Positions 47,576-57,492 of a DNA stretch of 64,000 nt are shown in pieces (positions within the stretch are counted from its first letter, which is position 1; each line of letters opens with the position of its first letter). The notes beneath the pieces are model-generated. The model was not told the origin of the DNA, ran no database searches, and worked only from the letters and a program-made list of their open reading frames with translations. The stretch spans positions 179,293 through 243,292 of the forward strand of contig CDMY01000887.1 in NCBI GenBank assembly GCA_001179505.1, written 5' to 3'. The translations under genes were made by a program, and so were the position numbers. Source of the DNA: Vitrella brassicaformis CCMP3155. Lineage: Eukaryota > Protista > Chromerida.

Positions 47576-50037
47576 ATGGAATCGTTGTTCGGCCGCTTTT
47601 CAGCGTCTCGAGAGGCCGCCGCGCCCTGCTCTGATGCCATGACTGCTGCCCCGCCCGTCCTGCATGAGAGCTTCATGCTCATCGACTCAGCGGAGCACCT
47701 CGCTGTCGACGGAGTGGATGATCTATGCCGCCGGCTGGGGTGCGCGAAGGACCTCAAAGTGAAGGTCGTGAGGTAGGTATGCAGTGCGGCGAGAAACAAG
47801 CACGAGAAAGGCATGAGAAGGATTGATCTGTGGACGTATGTTGCAGCATCTTCGGGAACACGGGCGAGGGCAAGAGCCACACACTCAATGAGATGTTCTA
47901 CAGCGGAGAGGAGGTCTTCGTCACGTCAAGCAACCAAATGGCAGGTACGGTCAAGGACACACACAAGGGTGTGCGCCCGTCTGTATCTCATCATCCGACC
48001 TCTCACTGCTGCAGCAACGACCGGCGTTTGGGCGTCGCTGTGGGATGGGGCACCGGAGGGATGTGAGAGCGTCCTGGTGCTCGATACAGAGGGGATGCTG
48101 GGGGTGACTGACAAGGCTCACGCCCGCACAAGGATGCTGCTGAAAGTGTTGGCCATCAGCGATGTCATCATCTACAGGAAGTGGGGCGAGAGGCTTACAA
48201 CAGGTACGCAGGAGCGGCAGGAAAATTGAGAGAATGTCCATATTCATTTGTGTGAGCGGATCGTTCTGGTACATGCAGATGTGTTTGAGTTTCTGAACGA
48301 GGCTTCCGTCGCCTACAACACCCATTTCGCCGATGAGCTGCGGCGTGTGAGCGAGGCCCAGGGGATGCCCACCCAGTCTCTCGGCGCCGCTGTTATCATC
48401 TTCCACGAAACGCGCTTCACCCAGCCACTGCGGGAAGACACACAGCCAGACAACACCGCAGCCAAGCCGGGATCACCCAAGAGGGGCGACCGACGGCTCA
48501 AGGCCCGCAGCTTCGCTGTCAATGGTGGCTCGGCTGCCAGAGCGACTGACCACAGGAAACGGCCACTCGATTGGCCTCGGACGTCGGAGTTCCTGTTTGT
48601 GGCCACCGAAGCGGCGGACCCCTCGATTCCTGGCGATGCGGCGGGCGCGGCGAGTGCAGGTGTTGAGAAGCAAGGCGAGGAGGGGGACAAGGCGGCGGCT
48701 GCAAAACCTTTATCCAATGTTTCGGTGCTCGATAGCATCGTCTTTTTCGGTATGCGTGACAGCAGCTGTGCGGCTGTTTGTGTGTGCGGGATTGGTGTGT
48801 GCGTTGGTTGGTTGGTTGGTTCAGATGTGTTCAAAGGGCTTTATCGACACGGCATTGAGGGCTGCCAGGACGCCCCTGTCTTCGAGGCATTCAGGTGCAC
48901 ACAACGCAACACACGCATGGGAACACGAACTCTCTCGACCCCCCAAACCACCAAATGTGTGTGCTCTCTCTCTGTGTCAGTGGCGTTGAGTACGTCGGTG
49001 TGTGCAGCAAAGACGGCCCCACCGACTTCGGCCCCATTATCGACAGGACGCGGCTGTACCTCAGGCACGACGCCACCCTCCGCCGCGCCCAGCCGATCTC
49101 CGTGGTGTATGCCATCATCGAATGGCTCACCATCAAGTTCAACGCTCAAGCCGAGGCAGACTGTCGGACCGAAGGCGGCAAAAGGAAACTGGTGAGACGG
49201 GAAATTGTGGCATGGACTCTCCACACTTCCTGTGCTTTCTCCTTAGGTGCGTGCGATCTTCCCGGACGATATATTCCGCTGCGGGGGTGTCTGCAAGGCC
49301 TGCAACGTCCACTGCGCGCTGAGCATGAACCACTTGGGCAAGCCACACGAGCCAGCCGACGCGTCCGCCCCGTGTCGGTACTCCGTTGTACTGGGCAACC
49401 GACAGCTGTACTGCCGCCAGTGCCTTGAGAACAGGGGCGAGGAGATATTGCTCTCACCACAGCAGGGTCCGTTGGTTGAGTGGGCGGGGCGCGGCGCACA
49501 CAGAGAGGTAGAGGAAGGTTTTTGTCTGTAATGTTGTCGTCGTGTTTCTGCGTAGGTCCCAAGTCTCAGTGGGACTCATGGAATGCCCTCACGTACCTGC
49601 TGAGCGGCTATGTGCTCGAGTGCTTCAACTGCGGCGTCCTGTACAGGTGTGCACACGTGCACCACTCACACCCACACACCCACCCCACCCACACGCACAC
49701 GCATTTACCCTGCTGTGTGTCTGTGTGTGTGTGTGTGGAGTTCAGATCTCGTCCCTTGCAGAAGGTGATAATGGGCATGCAGTGCCCCGACCCCGTCAAG
49801 GCAGGAATTGCCACTCCCAGGCTGCACCACGTGTGGTCGCGCGAAGAGGCCACCAAGGCGACCATGCTGGCTTTGGGCCATGGTGGTGGTGGTGTTGGTG
49901 CTGATGGAGGCGGGGAGGGTGTGCGTGGCGGCAAGAAGGCCACAGGGAAGCCGTACAGGTGGTGCAGCGGCGAGCCGTTTGGCTTGTCGCCACCACGGTC
50001 GAGGCGAAGGCGAAGGGACGGGGGGAGGGTGGTGTGA
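47576..50037 (+). CDS. ZFYVE1: ZFYVE1/DFCP1-like P-loop NTPase core with Cys-rich extension, without FYVE or B-box domains
   Basis: SFMLIDSAEHL..KVVSIFGNTGEGKSHTLN, TTGVWA, VLDTEGMLG, RTRMLLKVLAISDVIIYR, LGAAVIIFHET, PTDF, IFPDDIFRCGGVCKACNVHCALSMNH, CRYS, YCRQCLE, SGYVLECFNCGVLYRSR, HVW. Collinear with the DFCP1 N-terminal half as recalled. Confidence 0.88.
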
Positions 50038-51100
50038 TGGTTCGATGCTTCGATGCATGGGTGGGTGTGACTGATGCGACGAGGGACCTTCGTGTCTTGT
50101 TTTGATTACAGTTGTTATGGGTTTTGGGCTCTGTTGATGTCCTTGTGGCCCGTTATTCGTGTGGTGGACGTGTGTGGTGGTAAATGTCTGTCTCGAACGA
50201 AGTCTCAAATGAAAGCGGAAATGGTCAGAAATGGTCTTGTACGATCGTACAAGGCCGACACATCCATCTGTATAAAACGAGACACGCACACACACATACA
50301 CGCACACAAAGAGACCGAGAGAAAGAGAAAGAAAGACGACGCTTATAACATCCGTCATGCATTCGTCCGTCGTGCGATGACAATCGTCACCAGACAGAAA
50401 TACTAACACGTGTGTGCTGCAATCAGGCAACCCACCAGCACACACGTGTCGCTGGCCACCAAGGGACGCAGTTAGTTATTAAACAGAACCACACACGCAC
50501 ACACACACACCTGGATGGGTGTGTGTAAGTGTGTGTGTGTGAGCCTGCCCACGACCTCCATCAAGGAGGGCCAGCAATCAGTCACCGCACCAATGAAATG
50601 AGTGCACTCCGTCTCTCTCTCTCTCTTTGCCTTATCCAAGTCTGTAAGGAGTTATAAATTTCCGCGCCTTTGACGGAAACTGAGACGGGCACTCACACAC
50701 GCACTCACGCAGGACGCACACACACACGCACAAACGGCACACAAATGCCCAAACAGACTGCACGTGACCCACGCCCTCGCTCACACAAAGCAAAAGACGA
50801 AGGCGGCACGACGGCCAGCAGTCGCATCACACCGCTCTGCTCTCATCGCCACGGAAAAACACAAACGAGAAGGAGCTCACTAAAAAGTGGGAAGCCATGA
50901 AGGAGTGAGTGTATGTGTCGTCTGTCTGTGTGTCTCTCTCTCTCTGCTGGACGGATGAATGTCCACCTCATGTAAGTAATCTGTTCGTGTCAGTCAGGTG
51001 TGGGAGCTACTGACGCCTGTCTGCCTCTTTGCCAGAAGGGCGGATGCAGGCCTGCAGGGCGGCCTCCTACTGACACCTGTTCTCTCCCACCCCGCTCTCT

Positions 51101-51135
51101 CACACACACACACACACTTTTGCCCCCTCAAGCAT
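51101..51135 (+). repeat. (CA)n-TTTTGCCCCCTCAAGCAT dispersed repeat, copy 1 (intergenic)
   Basis: The same 18-nt tail follows (CA)n at 58345-58383. Confidence 0.8.
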
Positions 51136-51462
51136 GTCTGCCTATATTATAAATGAGTAAATATCTGCTGGCTGGCTGGCTGGCCCGTTGACCCATCCGC
51201 CTGGCCCACACATGAATGAATGCAGCAAGGAAGGAACATGGAGCACGCAAATGAAGCACTGTATGAGACAGACGACGAGACGAATAAAAAAGGGGAAGGA
51301 AAAGGGAGAGAGATCGTTCGTTGACTGCTGGTGTGGTCTGGTGCTGCCAGGCCTGGACTCGCCCGTCATGGCAACAGATGCACGTGGTCGCGCGGCCTAC
51401 AGCAAATGGGTGGAATGAACGAGGAGTGACTGACAACAAGCCCACGCACCTCCCTCTCCCTC

Positions 51463-53761
51463 TCACTGCAGAAAGCTCATCAGCCGACGCCAGGCGCCAT
51501 TGCCTGGGTAGCGCCCGTTGTCCGGGTGGCGTCGTGGCACGGTGACTGCACACACACACACATTCACCATTCCATCAACACACAACGATGCGATCGCTTC
51601 GTCTGTGACTGGCATACAGGAGAGATAGAGGGGTTCGCCCTTCACTTCCTTCTCTCCCTCCCCGTTGATGGGCGTGGCCTTGAGAGTGTACATGCCGTCC
51701 TTCTGGTGGGTCCCAAGCAGCGGGATGGCGAAGGGCTCGAAGTAGTCGGGGACGTCTTTTCTGCATTCGCCGAAGATCTTGTTGCCGAACGCCGAGAAGG
51801 GCTCCTTGACCTCGATGTCGGCAGGGTGGCGCAGCGAGTCATAAACTATCTGCTCGCCTGTCGCACATACACACACACGTGCACAGAGAGAGGGAGGGAG
51901 AGAGACAGGGAGAGGGAAATTCCCTCTCTAGAAAAGTGGAGACAGGCGTACCTTTCATGTCAAACAGAAGGAATTCGACCTTAAAGACGCATATCTCCGG
52001 TATGACGATGAAGGAGAACGACGTGCCGACCTCGGCAGGCACCGTGGTGGCGGAGTTGTTGCTGAGCAGCTCGGGCGGCTCCTTCCCGAGGTCTTCGAAA
52101 GCCGGCTTGAGGAGGCAGTTGTGTTTATTGGGCTCGTCGACCAGCACCACCAGCTGGAAGGCACTTAGGACCGGCTTGACGCCTACCACGACGGAAGGCA
52201 GGGCACAGCACAGCATAGCACAGGGGATCATGCAGAATCGTTATCCACGTGTGCGGGTGTGTGTGTGCGTGTGGTTGTGCATCCTGTGTACCGTCACAGT
52301 CAGGCACGTCTGTCGGCTTGGGTGTGGCTGTCGGCTTGGGGGTCTCTGTCGGCTTGGGGGTCTCTGTCGGCTTGGGGGTCTCTGTCGGCTTGGGGGTGGC
52401 TGTCGGTTTGGTGTCTGTAGGTGGTTTGGTGGGGTCCTTTGGGACGAGCTTGTCGAGGTCGGTGATGTCGTCGAGGATGTCTTCTGTGATGTTTTTGGCC
52501 ACGTCAATCACATCTGCATGCACAAAGGGCGGCCAGAAAGACATCCATGGGTGTGGGCCGGTCGGGGGTTGGTGGGGCTGACCTGTGGGGCCTTTGCCGT
52601 CGAGATAGTCGTAGACCTTATCGACGATGTCCACCTGACACAGTGATGGTGTACATGTTCACACAAACAAGACAGACAGACAGACAGACAGCAGATGGGC
52701 ATGCAGCAAGTTGTTTGGTGGGGCGGCTGGGTTGGCTGGTGGTTGCGTGCGTACGGTAGTGATGTCCTTGTCGAGGTCGATCAGGTCCTTGATCAGATCA
52801 TACACCTGCAGCACACAGACACACGCCATCCGTGGCGACATTCCTTTCTGTCTGTCTGTCTGTCTGCCTGAGTGCCCACCGTACCTCGTCTACGTCCAAG
52901 TGCACGAGGTCTTTGAGGTCTTCAAGGATGCGGTCGATCTTTGCGAGCACGTCGAGATCATCCACCGCGCCCTTGATGTCCTCCACCAGGTCCGTCATGT
53001 CAGCCACGATCTACACACAGAGAGGGAGAGGAGAAGGGAGAGGGAGGGAGAAACCGAATGCACTCCTCGCCCACACTCCGAGGTCTCTCGCACCTTGTCA
53101 AGGACAGCAATACCCCCACCGCCATTCCCGTCGTCTTTGTCGTCAGGCAGGTCGATGGTGTCCGTCACATTCTTGCCCCCGTCCTTGTAATCCAGAGGAT
53201 CCTCGTCGATTGGCAGCTTGGGCAACACAATGATGTTCCCCGGCAGCTCGAGATTGTCCACAGTCACGGGCTTCTTCTGATCGGCAGGTCGGGTGCCCTC
53301 CCGACACGTTCCCATGGGGAACTCGGGCAGCAGCGGCTTGCAGTAGTAGCCACTGTCGCACTGCTCGTCATCGAGGCAGAGGCTCGCTATGTACCCGAAG
53401 ACGTCTGACGTAGTCTTAGCATGGTCGACCACGACGTCCATAAGGTCCCTGGGCAGCTTGTGAAGGAACGAGGCCATGTGGCCCAAGGCCTCGTGCGCCC
53501 ATCCATCCTCTGGCTGCAGCCGGTGTCCCTCCGACTCGCACAGGCCGAACTGCTCGCCCTGCGCCTCCAGGTAGAACTTGCACGATGCCTGAGGGTCAGC
53601 GCAGTTGCTGCACCACCACACACACACGCGTACACATCATCCCGGCATTCTCAGCTCATCTCAGGGCCGGCCTCAGCTTACTTGTCGACAAAGCAGAGTT
53701 CTGTCGGCCCGGCCCCTGCAAGCGCCAGGGCGCTGGCAAACACGGTCAACACACGCAGCAT
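51463..53761 (-). CDS. Secreted hypothetical protein: signal peptide, two 4-Cys modules, Asp-rich helical repeats, (TPKPTE) repeats, C-terminal beta-rich domain
   Basis: MLRVLTVFASALALAGA; LCFVDNNCADPQASCKF..FGLC; LCLDDEQCDSGYYCKP..MGTC; VYDLIKDLIDLDKD. In-frame GT-AG joins lead to ...RRLMSFLQ*. Confidence 0.8.
52311..52410 (-). repeat. 18-bp coding tandem repeat (about 5 units) encoding T(A/E)TPKP
   Basis: TGTCGGCTTGGGGGTCTC unit on the + strand. Confidence 0.95.
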
Positions 53762-53884
53762 CGAAACACTGATGGGGGACAAGAAAAAAGGGGGAAGGGT
53801 TTTGAAATTCTCGTGTTTACAAAGCGTACGAAACACTTTGAACCGTCCGTTTTCCGGGGAATTCGAAGCACTGAGCCTTGGAGA

Positions 53885-56800
53885 ATGGGTACTCCGCCAA
53901 AACGGTTGCAGACACTTGCCCCGATCATCCCCCTGCTTCCCAGAAATGACCCCCTGGACTTCTCAGGTTCGCCCACACAAGAACACACACACACAGAGAG
54001 CCCTCGCGACATGCGCCCCTCTCCTTCCACGTGTGCAGACAACGGGTACCGGCACCTGCAATATCTCGGTCGGGGCCAGTTCGGCTCCATCCATCTGGTG
54101 CAGGAGCTGTACCCCTCCCAAGAAGAGGACGCCGACAAGCTGTGGATCCTCAAGCAGACCGACCTCTCCGACCTCTCCCCGTCGGCCATTCAGATGACCA
54201 TGTTCGAGGCCGAGGTCATGGGGCGGCTGGCGGCGCACCCCTATATCGCAACCATTCGGGAGAGCTTCTACCACCCGAGCAGCCACAGCTTCGTTATTGT
54301 CATGGAGTACTATGAGGGAGGGGACTTGTTCTCGGTCATCGAGGCGGCTGTGGCACAGGGGGACCGGTTCAGCGAAGAGCAGATACTCAAATGGTGAGTG
54401 CGTCAGTGCGTAGGAGACGACGAGAGAGAGAGGGGGGAGAGAGACGACCGCCGGTCGTGTGTTTGTGTGTGTGTGTGTGCGTGAGCGTAGGTTGGTTCAG
54501 CTGTCTCTGGCGTTGCGTGAGATCCACAGCAAGCACATCATTCATGGCGACCTCAAGCCGTAATACCATACCACATATGACGCCCTCTCCCCTCTCTCTC
54601 TCTCTCTGCCGTCTGCAGGTCCAACATCTTCCTCACGAGCGACGGCAATATCAAGGTCGGCGACTTCGGTATCGCAAGACAAGTCAACGAGGTGGGTGAC
54701 TTCGCTCACTCCCCCGCCCCACACCCCCCACACCCCCTCCNNNNNNNNNNNNNNNNNNNNNNNNNNNNNNNNNNNNNNNNNNNNNNNNNNNNNNNNNNNN
54801 NNNNNNNNNNNNNNNNNNNNNNNNNNNNNNNNNNNNNNNNNNNNNNNNNNNNNNNNNNNNNNNNNNNNNNNNNNNNNNNNNNNNNNNNNNNNNNNNNNNN
54901 NNNNNNNNNNNNNNNNNNNNNNNNNNNNNNNNNNNNNNNNNNNNNNNNNNNNNNNNNNNNNNNNNNNNNNNNNNNNNNNNNNNNNNNNNNNNNNNNNNNN
55001 NNNNNNNNNNNNNNNNNNNNNNNNNNNNNNNNNNNNNNNNCACCCCCTCCCCCCCCACCACACACACAAAAGGTGGCACGTGACCTGCGCGCGTCTCCAT
55101 GCATGCAGTCCTCTCTGAGTCTGACGCCCTACCGGGTGCCCCGCGGCACCCACATGTACATGAGCCCCGAGGTCCTCCACGCGTGCTCATCCGGGGGCGG
55201 AACATCGCCACGCTATTACGAGAACCCACACCCCCACGAGTCGACGCTCTTCTCGCCCAGGGCCATGTCGGTCACGGCAAAGAGCGACTGCTGGTCACTC
55301 GGCTGCATCCTGCACGAGCTGCTGTTCTTCTCCCACATCCGGCTGGCCACGCCCATCTCGTCCCCATCGGCCACATCGACACTCAACCCGCTCTCATCTT
55401 CGTCTGCTGACGTCTCGCCCGACCGAGAGAGTCAGAAGGACCAGAAACACGCGCCTCCACAGACGGTCGTGCGCGAGGAGGCCGCCCTGCTGCAGTCGTT
55501 TTCGGAGCTGCAGGTCCTCAGCTCCTCGTCGGTGCTCACAGGGGGGAGCTCCCGCAAGGGGGGCAGCACCGGGGTCCTCTCGCCATTCGACACGCCCATC
55601 CTGCCGACACGGAAGCGGTCTCCGGGCAGCGAACGGACCTGCGCCCTGGAGGTGCTCCGTGAGTGCTCCAAGGAGGCAAGCCCCACAGCAGCCGCCACGG
55701 GCACTTTCACCCTGGCACAGGAGTTTCGCAAGCAAGAGGATGTGGGTGTGGTTGTGGGTGGGGGCGGCGTGCAGCTGCCTTTGCCCAGCCCGACGTCAGT
55801 CGGTCGGCTGAGCGGGGGCGACAAGACGGCCGCCAACACCAAGAGCACGACGTCGTCCACCCCGTTCCCTGGCCGGTTCCGGTTTCATCACGACGGCTAC
55901 GGCGGCGTGGTTTCTGACTGTGGGGACGGCACCACCACCACCACCAGCGAGCGCACGCCGCTTATCGGCGATGCTGTCGTTCAACAAGAGCCTGTTCCGA
56001 GCACCAAGGTGGCGATGGTGTCGACAGAGGAGGTGCACATGGCCCCGTTCCCAAGCCACAAGTCGGTCCCCAACATGCACCGCCACGTCAGCTTCCCGGA
56101 TGACGAGACGGATACGGCTGCAGGCGAAGAGCGGGAGAGCGTGGGCGCTTCCCCATCCCACCAGTCGGCCTCATCCCCCCGGATGCGCAAGCAAATGAGC
56201 ATCCCGGCCATCATCACAACCCCAGTGCTGCAGGCAAGAACCCACCCCACCCACATAAACCGCCCCATGAGCCCACTGTCCAGCCCCTGGAGCGGCAGTA
56301 GCGTGCAGTCGGGGTCGGGCTCGTCGCTGCGGTGGTCTTCCCAGTCGCCCGTCAACAGCTCGTCTGTCGGCCAGCGGACCGGCTCGTCATCGTCTGCCTC
56401 GGTTGGGGTCAAGGCGATGCTGAAGCGAGTGGCGTCACCTTTGCAGAGGGTGCCGCAGATCGACGCCGTGCCGTCCGAGTATTCGCGTTTCCTCGAGGAC
56501 CTGCTGCACCGACTGCTGCAAATGGTCAGTCAGTCAGTCAGCCCAGCCGAACATACAGATGGGTGGACGGATGGATGGATGCTCATTTCTCTCTCTCTTT
56601 CTCTCTGTGTGTGTGTCACAGGATCCCGTCATGCGCCCGTCGTCATCCGACATCGTCCATGAGATCTGTGCCACGCGGCTGAAGCGTCTCGTGGACGAGT
56701 GCGAGGCCAACCGGCCGCCGGCAACGGACATCCCCCACCACCGGTTCCACCAGACGGCCACCCCCGCCCTCTCGGACCTCTACCGGGCCTTCCGCTCGCA

Positions 56801-57014
56801 CGAGGCGTCGATGATGTCGTGGCTCAAGCAGGGAGGCTGGCAGGGGAAGGGGCCGCTGGGGGGCGAGGGCGTGCTGAGTGAGGGCCACCATGGGGAGGTG
56901 GATATGGAGACGCCTGAGGTGGTGTCCAAGCCGCCACAGCTGCCGTTGCCGCCCGAGGTGGCCAGGGCGGCGCACCGACGGCTGTCTGCACCTGTGGCGT
57001 TGAGGAGGACATAG
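53885..57014 (+). CDS. NIMA/NEK-type Ser/Thr protein kinase with large inserts
   Basis: LGRGQFGSIHLV, WILKQ, HPYIATIRESF, IVMEYYEGGDL, FSEEQILKWLVQLSLAL..IH, HGDLKPSNIFL, KVGDFGIAR, GTHMYMSPE, SDCWSLGC, then YSRFLEDLLHRLLQMDPVMRPS. Confidence 0.9.
54741..55040. other. Assembly gap (300 N), apparently inside a kinase intron
   Basis: Flanking exons (..QVNE and SSLSL..) join in phase 0; both gap flanks are C-rich/CA low complexity. Confidence 0.95.
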
Positions 57015-57492
57015 ACAGGTGGGGGCAGGGAGAGAGGGAGGGGGGAGGGAGGGAGGGATGGAGGGGAGAAGTTGGCTTGTTTTTGAAATCGTCAAACCGA
57101 CCACCTAGCAGAAGCAGTGCGTGTGTGTCTTGGGTTGCCATGTGTGCGGGTGGGTGGAGTCGGGTGGGCGGGTGGGGGCGGGGTGCATGGTATCAGCCAT
57201 TCATCTCTCGGAGACTGTGTGATTTGTGTGGCTGGCTTTTGTGTGTCATAAGACAGCAAACACATTGGTCGGTGTATGTTATGTGCAATAGGTCAGAGGA
57301 TACGTCACATCAATGGGTGGGCGACGTTTGATTTTTCTTGTCAAGGAGGGGAGGGGTGGATTTGGAGTGGGGCGCGGTGGCATTGCGTCTGTGTGTGTCT
57401 CCGTCTCACGGACCACCATGGAATGACAACATGTATGGGACGACAATCGAATGTACTCTCACAGACACAGACATGGAGTCACCTCCTCGGAA

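Noticed and set aside
50038-51460. Missing FYVE exons or a separate gene downstream of the ZFYVE1-like gene
   Set aside because: No R(R/K)HHCR-type motif or convincing spliced ORF; mostly microsatellite and low-complexity intergenic DNA.
54692-55229. ORFs with long X runs
   Set aside because: Artefacts of the 300-N assembly gap.
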